A stretch of 63,972 nucleotides of DNA, filler included, from Gonapodya sp. JEL0774 (lineage: Eukaryota): assembly GCA_027604505.1 (NCBI GenBank). It is 4 parts of 4 records of this genome, joined end to end, with 100 filler letters (N's around TTAATTAATTAA, not from the genome) between each part and the next. Parts side by side here need not be neighbours in the genome. Positions count along the whole stretch, not along the records: positions 1 to 17,512 come from JADIIX010000270.1; 3 more parts are not named here. The stretch is one strand, 5' to 3'. The notes under the pieces are model-generated. The model searched no databases, was not told where the DNA came from, and saw only the letters and a list, made by a program, of their open reading frames with translations. Positions 1 through 14,586 of the stretch are shown one piece after another. The stretch's first letter is position 1, and every line of letters starts with the position of its first letter. Position numbers and translations under genes: made by a program.

Positions 1-465
1 CACCAGAACGAAACGGATCGTGGAAACCAGAGACTTTGTTCGCGGTGACATCACGTTCTATTGACAAGCCGCCAGCATATAGCGACAGTTGATTTTGCTA
101 TCAATGAAGTCTTTCGAGCTCCTACAGGGGAAGAATCCAGTCCGCGCGCGCACTATTTGACTTCCAGGGTGTGTTTGAGACTCAAGATCTCTCCCCGTCA
201 CGGTACTCATGAGACAAAGTGCCAAAAATCAAAAAGAGCGCTAGATTTAAATTCTTCTTGTTCAATCTTCAGAAGCACGTTCTGGCCTTCGGGAGGAGTG
301 GTGCGCACGCATAAACTGAAAATAAGAGTGGCGGAAGCAAACGTTATTTCGATCACACTCGCCAAATTAAACTTGATTATTACAAGAACCCGACCATGAT
401 ACACGAGTCACCTTCCCCATTTCTACCGTACCCTCGTGTTCCTCCTTTTAATTTACTTCCAAAGC

Positions 466-1812
466 ATGGCTACTTCAGATGGCAAGGCAACAACAACTCA
501 CGAGACCCAGGGAACCGAACAGGAAGCAATCTTGGATGCAACCAAAGCTATACTGGACGGTGACAATGCCGATTCCATGTTTATTGTGGACAATGTGGAG
601 GACGATAGCAGAGCGATTTCCAAAGATGCCGCTCCGATTGAGTACACACCATTATCCTTCGCATTGCTCTTTGTTGGGTGAGTCTGCGATGGCATCGTAT
701 GTTGCGTCCCGCTATTCTCGAATCTTTCGTTTTGCTTTGTGTTTCCACAGCCTCCTGTGAGTCTCGGCAAACTGCCATTGTCATCCGGTTTCGTCCCAAT
801 AATCACACTAACCACACTCGTTGCGTCGATAGTCTTGCCGTTTTCCTCGCATCCTTGGATCAGACAATTCTGGCAGTCGCGATTCCCAACATCATCACGG
901 ATTTCCAAACGTTCGTGGGAACTTCATGGATCTTCACTGCATTCATTCTGACCGCGACATGTGAGATTGGCCATCACCAAGTTCCCATCGCCACTTCAGG
1001 CTGATTGTGCCTTTATTTGCAGCCTTCATTCCTGCTTATGGAAAAGCTTGTGACATATTCGGTCGAAAAGCTGTCATCCTCTTCGCGATCGTCGTCTTTG
1101 AGGCCGGATCCGCCATCTGCGGCGCAGCAACAAGCATGAACATGCTCATTGTTGGAAGAGCTGTGGCGGGATTGGGAGGTGGTGGCATCTTCTCGCTCGT
1201 CCAGGTCATCATCAGCGATATAGTTCCGTTGGAACGGAGAGGGACGTATCAGGGACTTGTCGGTGGTGAGTGATAACAAAAGTGCTAGTGAGTTTCTTGT
1301 GCACTTAGGGTCTCACTCAAATGTGCACCCAACAGGTGTGTTCGGGTTGGCATCCGTGGTGGGTCCCCTCATGGGCGGAGCCTTCACGTGAGTTTCTTTA
1401 GCTTGTCAATGGTGCAACGAAGATCACACTCATAGCAGTTTATCTCGATGACAGTGATCACGTGAATTGGCGTTGGTGCTTGTGAGTACTAGTGTCGGAC
1501 GCGATCTCTTCTGATGCCACATAGAGACGCTGACACGGCCTCATATTATCTCAGCTACATCAACCTTCCTCTTGGCGCCTTCACCTTCATTGTGGTCGTC
1601 TTCTTGCTCAAGTTGCCCGTCGGTTCCGGTGATCTGAAGAGTCAAATCCGCCGAATGGACTTCATCGGAACCTTCTTACTCGTTCTCGGAATCGTTCTCG
1701 TTCTCGTCCCTCTGTCGGAAGGGGGTAACGACTACACGTGGGACTCTGGATTTGTGATCGGTTTGCTCATCGCTGGGAGTGAGTCGAATGTCCAGATACT
1801 CAGTAGAGTTAA

Positions 1813-1848
<36 letters not shown>

Positions 1849-3168
1849 GGGGGGCGTTTCGTTACCCCCCCCCCGGTGGTGTTATTTTGGCTTAGGTTTG
1901 CGGGGANNNNNNNNNNTGGCGGTGCCTGTGGTGTGGTCTCGTGGGGGTGGGCCCCTGTGGCCCGCCCCGCCGGCCGCCGGCGGGCGCCGGCGGCGGCCCC
2001 GCCCCCGCCCCCCCCCCCCCCCCAGGTAGGGACCGTACGGCGTTTCGTTTCGCCACTCCAGCTGTTGTTCTTGTGGCTTTCGTTTTCGTGGAAGCCAAAA
2101 TAGCAGTGGAGCCTGTCATTCCTCTTGACATGTGAGTGTCGGAACGCGGTTGTTCTGCGTGGTTAAACTCTGACACGCATTATCCTCTGTCCCTTGTATT
2201 TCCGGAGGTTTAAGAACCGCTACGTTGCAATTGTGTTCTTTTGCGCTTTCATGAACGGCCTCTCCTTCTTCACGCTCTTCTCTTACGTGCCGAGCTTCTT
2301 CCAAGTCGTCAACGGGGACACACCCACGCAAGCCGGTGTCGATTCGTTGGCACTAGTTCTCTCGCTGGTAGTTTCTATAATCGGATCGGGAGTTTTCATA
2401 TCAGCCACCGGAATTTATCATCCCTTGGTCACAATGGCTGGGATACTCGAGACGATCGGAGCAGGCCTAATGTTCACTCTGGCAGAAGATTCATCTATAG
2501 TGCAAAAAGTGGTCTACTTGATGATAACTGGTCTCGGTGAGCTCTGACAGATGGTGTGGGAGCGCTCCGATGCGGATTCATTCGAGTTCCGGGCTCGTAA
2601 AGGCCTTGGTATGGGACTGCAGGCGCTCTTGATCGCGGGTCAGGCTGCCGCAACACAAGATCAACAAGCAGTAAGTTTGATTTTGAATGTGGTCTGTGAT
2701 TGCTTTGCCCACCGATCGCACCATTGCAGCTCGTCACCGCGAATGTGAGCTTCTGGCAACAAACTGGTGGTGTCATCGGAGTCGCAATTGCATCAGCAGT
2801 GAGTTTCACATGTTTGGGGACGAACTGATAAGGAGCATCGGGTCTGACGTGTTTATCTTCACGTCGCGATGGCGCGGCCCTCCTTTTAATAAAAGGTCTT
2901 CTCAAACAAACTCACCAATACCCTGGCAGAACTCGCTCCTCACGCAGTTGTAGCTTACGTCAAGAATAACCCGTCGGCTCTGCGTTCCGCTCCCGCTGAG
3001 TTTGTACCCCCGGATGAGCTCGATGGAGTTATTCGCTCGTATGTCACAGGTTTGACGTACATGTTCGTCCTCACTGTGCCGTATGGGCTGGTGATGTTTT
3101 TCTGTAGCTTCTTTGTTAAACGATTGAGATTGCCCAAGGCAACAGACGTTCCGATTGGAGCTGCCTGA
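466..3168 (+). CDS. MFS drug:H+ antiporter (DHA2, 14-TMS type), tandem copy 1; multi-exon
   Basis: Exon translations LAVFLASLDQTILAVAIP, YGKACDIFGRK (motif A), GRAVAGLGGGG, INLPLG, EPVIPL. GT-AG introns, including a 6-nt microexon at 751-756. ATG 466, TGA 3166-3168. Confidence 0.93.
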
Positions 3169-3986
3169 GATCGCGGCGACTTATCAGGTCATGGAAACTA
3201 GGATTACGCATTTAAATCATAACAAACCCGTCAGCATGGGGTACAACCCAGTTTTGTTAGAAATTGACAGGTTCGAACACTTATCCTATACAAGTCAGTG
3301 TCCAGTTCAGCGGAACCGTCGGACTTGAAGGTGGAACACCAATGAACACTTCGTCAGCCGTCTTCTCTGTTTCCAAAATTCAAGATCATTCACCAACACA
3401 GTTCTCTAGTTGGTAGTCCTGCATTGCCTGAGGGTGGAGAACTGTGATTCGCATTCTTGCTTATTCGAACTTAGTGAGGATCCCAGTCATCCCTAGAGTG
3501 TATGAAGTGGATTTCCCGGTTCATGGAGCTGACAATCAGCTACCAACAACAACCATTGGCACCATGCTACGAAACGGATCATCAAAAACTTGTCTTAAAT
3601 TTTGAAAATCTCTTGAGTGTTTGGTACGAACAGATATGTGGCATGTACTACTCAGACTACGGACTCCCGTTCCCACGGAATCATGGAGAAAACTGACCAA
3701 CACGGAAGAGACCCTGTACTGAATTTCGTTGTGAGCGCTTCAATAGGCGGCGTACTTAATTCCCTGAAGGTGGAGTGTGAAAGCGCCGTGGCCGGCAAAA
3801 ACGGTTTTATCGGATCGGAGAAACAGAGGCACGCAATATTACAAAACATGCGAAGCTTTTTTGGACACCACGCTAGTTCCCTCGCCACGTTCGCATGATT
3901 ACTAATAAACGAGCAACCAAGATTTAAACAGACGTCCTTCCTTGTTTCAAACGTATTCTCGCTTTCTGTCTTTTGATCCTCCAATT

Positions 3987-6481
3987 ATGACTTCTATTGA
4001 CGTCAAATCAACAACTCACGAGACCCTAGTCACCGAGCACGAAGCAGTCTTGGAGATATCTAAAGCTGCATCGGACGGCAACAAAGCCGATTCGAAGCTC
4101 ATGGTGGACGATGTGGAGGACGATGGCAAAGCGATTTCGAGCAAGGTCGCCCCGATCGAGTACACACCGTTATCATTCACATTGCTCTTCGTTGGGTGAG
4201 TTTCGTGCTCGCATCCCATGTTAGATTGGGGTATTCTAAGTTTTTGTTCGTTTCATTTTGTGATTCCTCAGCCTCCTGTGAGTCTTCGCACATCCCCGCC
4301 AAATCATCCAATTTCTGTCCAAGATTCTGATTATCTTATTCCATGCATCTGTAGTCTTGCCGTTTTCCTTGCAGCCCTGGATCAGACCATTCTGTCAGTC
4401 GCAATTCCCAACATCATTACGGATTTCCAAACATTCACGGGAACGTCATGGATCTTTACTGCATTCATTCTCACTGCGACATGTAAGTTCGACCGTCATC
4501 GTGGTTTCCATCTACAATCTCCTGATTACAAAAATACTTGCAGCCTTCATTCCCGCTTATGGAAAGGCATCCGACATTTTCGGTCGCAAAGCCGTCATCC
4601 TTTTCGCGATCGTCGTCTTTGAAGCCGGATCCGCCATCTGCGGTGCGGCAACAAGCATGAACATGCTCATCATTGGACGAGCAGTGGCCGGATTGGGAGG
4701 AGGCGGCATCTTCTCCCTTGTCATGGTCATCATCAGCGATATCGTCCCATTGGAGAAGAGAGGGATGTACCAGGGACTCATCGGTGGTACGTGATCACAA
4801 AGGCACTCTTAGGTTTCTAGTGGGGCTTGAGTCTCACTCGAATGTGCACCCAACAGGTGTTTTTGGGTTGGCTTCGGTAGCCGGTCCCCTCATGGGCGGA
4901 GCATTCACGTGAGTTGGTTTTCCTCAGTATGTATTGCAATCTCAGTTCACTCAGCTGTTTGTCTCGATGACAGTGATCACGTGAACTGGCGTTGGTGCTT
5001 GTGAGTGCTCTAGTCGGTTTGAGATCTGCACTGGTTTTGCACGGAGCTGACACGCATGACACCATCTCAGCTACATCAACCTTCCTCTCGGTGGCTTCAC
5101 CATCATTGCCGTTATCTTCTTGCTCAAGTTGCCCGTCGGTTCCGGTGATATGAAGAGCCAAATCCGCCGACTCGACTTCATCGGAATCTTCTTACTCGTT
5201 CTCGGCATCGTTCTCGTTCTCGTCCCTCTGTCCGAGGGTGGCAACGACTACGCGTGGAACTCTGGGTTTGTGATCGGATTGCTCATTGCCGGTGGTGAGA
5301 ATGTCTCGACTGTTCGTTTTGGAATTCCCATTGAGTGTCTAAACGGTCGTTGTTTCATAAAAATCCAGCTGTTGTTCTTGTGGCGTTTGTTTTCGTAGAA
5401 GCCAAAATAGCAGTGGAGCCAGTTATCCCTCTGGACATGTGAGTGCTATCGGATGGTTTTTGATGTCCGGTCGTCCAGATCTGATACTTGGCGATCTCAC
5501 GTCGGACTGTATTTCGAAGGTTCAAAAACCGCTATATTGCCATCGTGTTCTTCTGCTCCTTCATGAACGGTCTTTCCTTCTTCACTATGTTCTCCTACGT
5601 GCCGAGCTTTTTCCAAGTTGTCAATGGTGACACACCCACACAAGCGGGTGTCGATTCGTTGGCTCTGGTGCTCGCGATGGTCGTTTCCATGATTGGAGCG
5701 GGTATTTTTATCTCCGCCACTGGAATCTACCAGCCCTTGGTCGCGTTGAGCGCCATACTTCAAACGGTTGGAGGGGGTCTCATGTTCACGCTTGTACAAG
5801 ATTCATCGACTGCGCAGAAGGTCGTCTACTTGATGATCACTGGTCTCGGTGAGTTACGACTTGCTATTGGTATTATTGATCGAATACCTATATTGTGTTG
5901 TTTTTCGCGCACCAGGTCTTGGAATGGGAATGCAGGTTCTCTTGATCGCTGGTCAGGCCGCCGCACCGGCAGACCAGCAAGCAGTAAGTTTCATCGTTGC
6001 GTAGAGAACAGATGCGTAATTATGTCGCTCATCGATATCCTATGCGGCAAAACAGCTCGTCACCGCCAATGTGAACTTTTGGCAACAAACCGGCGGTGTC
6101 ATCGGAATCGCGATTGCATCATCGGTGCGTCTCGCCTGCTCTCGCTTTCTGAACAAAAAAAGCATTGTTGCCTGACTAGTTTATGTTCTTGTTTGATCTC
6201 TCATGAAGGTCTTCTCGAACAAGCTCACCAACACCTTGGCAGAACTCGCTCCTCACGCGGTCGTCGCATATGTGAAGAATAACCCCTCAGCTTTGCGTTC
6301 CGCTCCCGCTGAGTTTGTGCCCGCGGATGAGCTCGAAGGTGTTATCCGGTCGTACGTCACGGGGTTGACGTACATGTTTATCCTCACTGTACCCTACGGT
6401 CTGGTGATGTTGCTTGGCAGTTTCTTCGTGAAGAGGTCGAGACTGCCGAAGGGAGCTGAGGTTCCGATGGGAGCAGCGTGA
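3987..6481 (+). CDS. MFS drug:H+ antiporter (DHA2), tandem copy 2; multi-exon
   Basis: Protein closely similar to copy 1 (LAALDQTILSVAIP, YGKASDIFGRK, ...LPKGAEVPMGAA*), with the same intron positions. Confidence 0.93.
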
Positions 6482-6876
6482 TATCGAGCGTGCTCGATGA
6501 ATATTGCATATCTGAGACTATAACGACAGCGACGTTTGCATTGTCATCATTTTAACATCATAACCACGTCATTATAGGGTAGAAGTGAATATTGTTAGAA
6601 GTGAATACTGTGATATCTCAATAGCTCTCAGAGTCTTGTTATCCCGCTGAGAATGGTACTTTAACTTTCACCCCGGGACAAGGCCCCAAAGCATTCGTTT
6701 AAGAACATACTTTAAGAGAGCGCACAGACTGGCGACGATCGTCTCTGGAGAGAACAAAAGCTTGCGAAAATCGATGTTTTATCCAAAAGCGGAAATATGC
6801 CGCTCGCTTGTCCCTGACATGAAGCTCCACCACCCGACCGCACAGATCGTTTGCTTTCAAGAACCCAACCCAGACA

Positions 6877-9206
6877 ATGGATTTTACAGCGGACGAGAAC
6901 CCGTTTGAACAGCCTCCCCCTCCATATTCGGCCTTGAGCGACCCCAGCGTGAGTCGGGTCTCAGCTATACCGCTCCAACAAGAAAGGTCCACGAGAGCTC
7001 CGTTGCCACAATACCCACCTTCAACTCCACCTCATGCGCACACGGGGAGCTGGCGCCAGGTTTCGCCATCTTCGTCCTTTTGCATGATACCGGATTCCCG
7101 ATCTGCAGACTGTCTCAGATCAATGGCCGACACAGCTATTACAGCATCGGGGCTCAGCCCTCCAGAAATTGGAACTGAGCAACGAAAGGGTCGAGATTTG
7201 TGGTGGATTCTCTCCTTTCTGGTCGTAGTCGCTGTATTCGCAAGTATGCCGTCTAAGTCCATCGAGGGGCAGGGATAATGTGGTCGAAGCGCCGCTGACT
7301 CTCGCATTTCTTTTCCATCGACACCAAACATAGTTCTTGCGCCGTTTTCCGTAGTAGTTCTGCGTAATCGTCCGGTGCAGGATACCAACATCATGTTCCC
7401 ATATATGGACGCACTGTTCTTGTTCGGATTCTTAAATCTGCTCGCGAACGTGATGAGCTTTTTCTATTTTTGCGTGATGATATAGTATGTAAATCTTCTT
7501 TGATTGAGCTGAGCTCGGTAGGACTTGCACGTGATGATGATACCCTATCACACAGCTGGCCCCGATTCTGCCACCACGCAACCATCTTATTCCACTTTGT
7601 TTCCTGCCCTGCATTAGCCATGGCTTTGATATACAAGGGCCAACTACCTATCGCCGTTGGGATTACAGTTCCAATTGTGGTGGCGATGACTGCGACGTAC
7701 ATAATCATTCGGAAACGAATATCATTCTCGGTTCTCGTGATTGAGCATAGCCTTGAGACAATGAAGGAGCGTGAGTTTATTGACGTGCGCATTTGCAACT
7801 ATCGCCGTGAAATAAGCTCCAATACCAACCATTTGCAGATGGTTCGATATATCTGCTGGCCATGCTCCAATTGCTCGGCACACTTGTGTGGCTGGCAATA
7901 TGGTGTGTCGCCTCCATCGGTATTCATGTCAAGTTGTTTACGAAATCTATGACGATCGGAGATTTGAGGAGCGCGACAGGTTCCAAGATATTCGTATATA
8001 CATTCTTTACCTTTGGAGCGTATTGGGTGGCACAAGTTATTGGATCCGTTCTCCACGCCTCGGTTGCAGGTGAGCGGTGCTTCTGCAAGCGAACGTAGGC
8101 GGAGTCTCCATGCACATTTGAATTCGCACGTAGGTCTCTATCGACAGCTCTATCTACCTTGGGAGAACGGAGCCTCCAAAATAGTCAAGACACCAACCGA
8201 AACGCATACAATATGGTCTTCTTACAAACGAGCGATGGGCAAATCGTTTGGGACCATTTGTTTTGCGAGTCTTCTGGTTCCCGTCTTCCAGTTCTCCAAA
8301 CTGTACACGAGACCAAATCCTTCTGTGAGTTCCGCGACTCGATTAGATATTTCAAGGCTCGCTCGTTTGTCATCACGTTTCGGCATGAAACTATGCACAT
8401 TCCAGCGTGGAGCTATCGGTGGGATTGTGTCTCCGCCCTCCTGCGTGAACACCAACGCGTCGCTCAATGGATGCTCTCTCGCCTACGCTACCACACATGA
8501 TAAGGCGTTTTGTGAGGCGGCAAGTGACACAAGTTCTTTGCTGCGACGAAGAGGTTTAGAAGTTGTGCTGAATGAATCTATCATACACATTGTGAGTTGG
8601 GTCATCACAGGTCGCGGAGACACTTCAACCTATTAACAGTAATAAGTGCAGGTTTTGGCGGCCGGAGCTTTGTTGGTTGGAGGATTCACGTCAGGAATAG
8701 GCGGTTTATACGTGGGCAGGTCTTTACAGATCCAGAGTGAATGGTGAGCACCTCGAAGCGAATGAAACGAGTTGATAATGGACCGAGGACTTTAAGTTAC
8801 GCAATTCCCTCACCTAGGATGGCTTGGACTGGGGACGCTCGCGGCGATTACGAGATTACAATAATAGCGGTCGTTGTCGGCCTCATTATCGGCCTCACTA
8901 CTTTCGGACTCACCTCATCTTTGATATCTGGTGGAGTCTCTGCTATGCTGGTGTGCATTGGTGAGTTGCATCTTCACGGCAACCTTTCCGAATTGTGAGG
9001 TCGAGGCTTCAATAACCATCACACGCCAACCAAATCTATACAGCCGAGGATCCACAATCTCTTGCGGTGGAGAAACCAGACCTTCTCAAGGCAATCCAAC
9101 AGGTGAGTGACAGGCGCAGTTTTTCAACAGAAGGTCTGTGTATCCAAAGCGCACAAACGCGAATGATCTGCAGAAGTATCCTGAAGTCAATTACCGATCC
9201 ATCTGA
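6877..9206 (+). CDS. PNS1: Choline transporter-like (CTL/SLC44, PNS1 family) membrane protein
   Basis: Pro-rich N-terminus, RDLWWILSFL, multiple TM exons, KRAMGKSFGTICFASLLV, AFCEAASDTSSLLRRRGLEVVLNESII, C-terminal EDPQSL...KYPEV. Confidence 0.8.
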
Positions 9207-9487
9207 GAAGCAACATTCCCTCTTTTCAAGTCCGTTACCAGTTCACAATGGCGTCGCTTTGGAATAATGCACAAGTTTTGAGCCAAGATAATCCTTATTC
9301 ATGTTGCATTCAGTTTTTTCACAATACAACTCCTTCCCGTTATCAATTCCTTTCCAGTCAGCAAAAGGAAGCTCTGATTAAGATATTGCGATATATGTAG
9401 GATAATGTATGACTGCGGTTTGAAGAAGTCATTCGATCACTGTGCATAGATGCAGAGAGCACTTTCAGTTTGAACACAACTCTAGGA

Positions 9488-10315
9488 ATGGCGCGACCAC
9501 CACGACTATCAACCTCGTACATCCGACGACTCACCCTCCTCATCTTCGGTGCACTGCTTATCTCGTCCTTAATCCTGGTGATTGGTCCCTCTCCGTCACC
9601 GGAAAATTCTGCAACTGTCTTTCAGACGAAACGACTTTCCCCTTTCTTCCCGACATTCTTACCTTCAGCCATCCCTTGCCGCTGACAAGACACTTTTCTG
9701 TAAATGCTCTTGTGACCAAAATGTGACCATTATAGTCGTAGACCGGTGCGGGGATTGTACCAAGTCGATGTGTGTCCAGAAACAGGTGAGTGAGCTCTTC
9801 CAAGACCTGAATAGTGCGGTAAGGTCGCTAAACGTTTCGCTGATTGATTGCTGGTGCTGAAATACCCTGCGCGTGCTGTCAGGCATGCTCTCTGCCTCAA
9901 AACTCTACGATACCCGGAGACCCTACATCTCCCTCACCAGCCCCTGCAGCCGGCAACTCATCGTGGACGGTTTCGTGCTTTCGTGAGTGCTAGACTTCAG
10001 TCCGAACGGACATTCACCTTCTTCTGAAAACCCGACCCCTCTTCCCCTCCTTTGCGGATGCGTACTGCAACAATCGCACAACCATTATGTAACACGCAGA
10101 ACGCGGCAGTGACAAAGACGAAGCTTTCGTATGGATCTTCATCATAGTGACTGGCGCGCTTCTTGTGTACGCCATGATTGAGCCGTTGATTAATTGGATC
10201 TTTAGGGTGAGCCATTCTGAAGTCTGACAATAGCTGCCTGTGAAAGCTCAACTTGACCCTTTGTAACGTTCTCGTTGGTATGACAAAGCCTCGATATGTT
10301 ACCCTGGACTCGTAA
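9488..10315 (+). CDS. Small conserved fungal membrane protein with a Cys-rich luminal domain (uncharacterised)
   Basis: N-terminal hydrophobic segment, FCKCSC...CGDCTKSMC, VSCF-RGSDKDEAFVWIFIIVTGALLVYA (C-terminal TM), last exon PRYVTLDS*. Confidence 0.7.
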
Positions 10316-10560
10316 CCGGAGGATATGGCGGCTGATGTTGGCTGCACGCGTGATACAATAGAGTTCCGAGATTTCCACTATCGACAAGAGTTACATAATT
10401 TTTTCACGGATACCAATCGTTCAATGATACATTATTACGACAAAGAACAGATGAATTATAAACCGTGCTCCTCCACATGAAGAATGTCAAATGTTTGTGG
10501 ATGCAGTCCATGCAAAACATCTACTTGCCCTGAAACACCGGACCGCCACTTTCCTTCGCT

Positions 10561-11617
10561 CTAATCCTCCTCTTCCTCCTCTTCGTCATCATCATCATCA
10601 TCATCTTCGTCGTCTTCGTCATCTGACCCCATGTCAAACTCCAGATCACCATCATCGTCCTCCCCTCCCTTCCTCTTCAGCTTCTCTGCAGCCTCCAGTG
10701 CTTCGGCATCTGTCCACTCTTCTTTCTCGAGTTTCCGCAGCACGGTGCGGCGATGGCGTTCGGGGAGGAAGGGGAGGATGGAGGAGAGTTCTGGGGAGAG
10801 GGGCGGCCCAGAGGAGGAATCTGGGCGTGGAGGAAGGGTGCTAGGATGCAAAAGCAGGGGGAAATATGCGGAATGGATAGAGGGAATGAGTTAGAAGGTA
10901 AAGTGGATTGAGAAGGGTTCCGGCCCACGTTTCAATTATCTCCACCGTATCAGCAGAGATTTGACATTTCGCGCTGTGAGAACGTGAGCGAGGTGCAATG
11001 AGACCGGGGGCCGCAGAGTCTTCAGGTTAAAGTTCCTACAGAGTTCAACATGAGGTCAAAGTGATACATACCAAACTTGCTTCTCGTGGGCGCATCGGTC
11101 GCAAATGATGTGATATGCATCCTTGACAGACTTTTGACCGCACGATACGCTTTCAAGTAAAGATAAGCGGCACCGTTCGAAGTAGGAATCACTATGTTAC
11201 TGGGAGAGAAGAACGCACCACTTCTTGGGGACTGTTAAAGGCTTGTACTGTCCCATACGTTTCTTCCACTCCACGATATCCCGACATTTGGTGCAGAGCT
11301 TTCTGAAATCAGATTGATGTGGACTCGTCATATAAACGGTCGAGATTGTGTCTGAATCGAGTTGCCCGTTGGTAAGCTCACCTGATGGGTAGTTCCCTCA
11401 AGGCAGCTACATGACCAGTCTTAGGATTGTGGACCCATGCGGTTTTATTCTGGAGAGTCACGATGTGCGGCCAGTGCGTAATGTTTCAAGTGAATGGATC
11501 TCAACGAGCTTGAGACATGATGACTTTCGCACGAAAGCACGATGGCGCCCATTTACGAACTTGATGCTTCGTAGCATGTTTCCCGCCTTTAGAGGAGGAG
11601 ACTTTCGTGGGTGGCAT
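10561..11617 (-). CDS. C9orf85/DUF2039-like Cys-rich protein with acidic tail
   Basis: Spliced MPP...KHQNKTAW, CTKCRDIVEWKKRMGQYKPLTVPKK, CGQKSVKDAYHIICDRCAHEKQVC, matching the C9orf85 family pattern; D/E-rich C-terminus. Confidence 0.85.
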
Positions 11618-12670
11618 TATTTCTTCCCTTTTACTTGGTCATCGACAAGTGGTGCGCAAGGTGATCGGCAGAAGCTCCAGCTCCAGAGCTCATCCTCAGT
11701 CCCCAAGCCGCTGGAAATTGACACTGAAACGAATTTCTCCCATGCGATGTACGTTGTGATGCGCAGTGCTGAACACCGAGAGGCGGGCCGGGGAATGTCA
11801 CATTCTTTCATATTTGTTCCAGATACTGTCCACCATGCATTCTGACCGTGATTGAAAGTACGAACGATGACATCGTGATGCCACTATGTGAGACAATACC
11901 GCAATGTAATATAAAAAATATTTTGAAACACAATGTATTGGTCCACCCTCCCCTGTTCTCGCAGTATGTTTATGTGAGCTTTCCATCCACAAGCCGAGAG
12001 GCTTCCAGGTCAACTCACTGTCCAGCGAGAGGAAATTGGAGCTGTTGATCACAATATATTCATGGGTGACGGGAATACTACCCATTTTCGGGCAATCAGC
12101 CATTGTTCAGGGATCTCCGAAGACATCCCAGAAAAGATCAAATAGCCCGCCTGGTAATGTGTATTATTTTTCGAAATGGCAGCTGTACTTGTGCGCTATC
12201 TTCAGTCGATTGGTGCTTTTTGTCTTTATCAGGAAAAATGGAGTTCTCATGAAGCACCATTGGAGTAAAAGTTGTAGCAATGGCCCAGTTCGGGGCGTGT
12301 TATCAACGAGATAACACCCTTAGTTGTCCATAGTCACAATTGGAAACTAAGTTTTAGTCATTGGTGTCAACCATGGGGGTTTGATCCTGGACGTGGCTGA
12401 GCACGTTCGCAGAACCAGTCCTGACACATTTCATCTCAACCGATCGACCTCAAGCAACAATTTTTAAAGAAATAGAGCGCTTGTGGTGTCAGGTACGTTC
12501 TGTTTCGACTGTGGATCGATCCACCAACTTTGCTCATATGTGCGTGGTGACGGTTTGGATGCGGCTGTGGGCATCAAAGCATTCAAGCAGTGTGATCGTG
12601 CAATCGAAAAGCTCGCGTATCTGAAGTCGCAATCCACGCCCTCTCTTGCTTGTCCGCCTGACTTTCGATC

Positions 12671-14413
12671 ATGCTGGGACACTTTCTTGACCGGCCAACA
12701 CCCCCTCGACCACGCGCTGTTCCTGGACCCATTCCGTCACCACCAACCAAAAAGCATAAAAGAGTATCTTCTAATCAATCTCTAACCTCGAAGTCGGCGT
12801 CACCGCGTTCTGGGCGGGTCGCTTTGGATGACTCACCTGAGGTGGATCAGGTCTCTCCCAACGTGAGCAAACCAACAGGGAATCGGCCCGACTCGGGATT
12901 AGACATTCCGTCTCCAGTGTACGGTGTGCAGGCTGCGGGTGATGTTGTGACAAGAATTCGAGAGGAGTCGCCAGTATCCCTCTCTCCTGGTCTTGCTCCC
13001 ACGGCGGACAAGGGTACCAGGCGAACCGAACGTGGTAATATTTCGGGAGAGGAGCCTAAACCTCCTCAGCGCCGTCAGAAAAAGCGCAGTCCCGGTCTGA
13101 AGTCCAGCAGAGCCGGAGCTCTTTCAGACAAAGAATCCGATCAACTTGGTCGACAAACATCAAGTGCCAGGTTTTCTACAAACGAGACCCGCCTCGTGTC
13201 AGGAACGGATAATGCTGACGCGCCAATAGTTGTAGTTAGGCTACAGAGCAAATTGGATGCGGACGACGAACGTCAGTTGGATTCTTGTCTTGCCGAAGCC
13301 CACCGAAACTCCTGGGCCAATACCGGTGCATACACTCGGTTCAGTTCTGGGGTGGAGTATTCATCTGCTCGAATTGTGAACTTTGACGATTTGACTGACG
13401 AGGAGGCGCACATGTTTCGCGGTGGAGCCCATCACGTGAAATCAACAGCTGCCGAGTCGGGAAGTATCGTCTCTGAGGAACGCAGAGGCAGGACTACTAT
13501 CTCCTCCACGGACCCTGCGAACTCTACTCAGATTGTAATTGTGACTAATCCTGAGCCACCGATAAAGCTCGTCCACTCAACTGCACCGGTTCCATCCGGA
13601 ACTGACAACCAACTCTGGGCGCGAGCGGCTGTTTCCGCAAATCGCAATTCGACCAAACGCTGGTCCACTGGGTCGCCCACTCTAAAGCCAATGGAAACAC
13701 GCAATGCAAACTCCAGCACGAACACACGATCTTCGTTACCATCGTCTCCGCAGTCGAATGGTGTCCCAGCGCTGTCTGCATCCACCCACCATACACTAAG
13801 CACAAGCGCATCACCTTCCGGCATTGCAAATATTGTGCTCTTTAGCTGGACGGCACTGGACAAGAACGGAGCGATCAACCGTCTCAGCATTGACCCTACC
13901 TGCATTCGAGCTCAAGGTAGAATTCAAAAGCTCACCACCAGCAAGCGTCAATCTCAAATATGGATTGGAGGCATTGACGAGAGGACTTGTCCGGTCTATG
14001 AGTTTCTTGTAAGTGTTTATGACTGGTGCCCTGCAGTGATCTTGCGGTGTTGAGTACACTCATTCGGAAACATTGCTCTCACTATCAGCACTGCGAAGTG
14101 GATCTGGATATGAATGGAGTACGAATTGTGACAGAGTTCTGGACCATTGTCTTCAGCGGCATTGCATGGACAAGGACTGACATGTAAGGTGTTCTTCTCT
14201 GTGACTAAGTACATTCGGATCACTCAGTGTTACTTTTTCTCGGCGCAATTCAGAATCAACTTGCGGACGGTTATCAATCAAGCAATCTCCTCAGCGAGGA
14301 TTCTCATGCAGGCGATACCCTCACCCAACAAGCCCAAGAATGTACCAACCAGTGGAAGCGTATCCGACGGGCTATTGGGAAGATTCCGGAGTTTGCTGCG
14401 ACGAACGGAGTGA
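12671..14413 (+). CDS. Hypothetical protein, Ser/Pro/Arg-rich with a globular C-terminal region; 5' end uncertain
   Basis: 460-codon ORF, then a GTAAGT donor near 14009 and further exons ending ...RSLLRRTE*. No family recognised. Confidence 0.5.
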
Positions 14414-14586
14414 GCAAACAAAAGTACCGCGCAAGAACTTATAGTGCAAATCGAACAACTATTAATACCAGACAAAGGACCTGCAGGGAACTGAAAAGCC
14501 GGAGCTGATACATAAGTCTTGGTAAATCGTATTAGCAAACCCTTCATATTTGTACAGAACAGCTTAAACAAAGTCGGCGCTCCGTT

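Noticed and set aside
1811..2025. Poly-G/poly-C stretch giving poly-Gly and poly-Pro ORFs inside MFS copy 1
   Set aside because: It lies within an intron (by comparison with copy 2) and contains Ns; low-quality sequence, not coding.
11650..12670. Possible upstream exons of the 12671 gene
   Set aside because: Trial splicings hit stop codons; the model cannot be supported.
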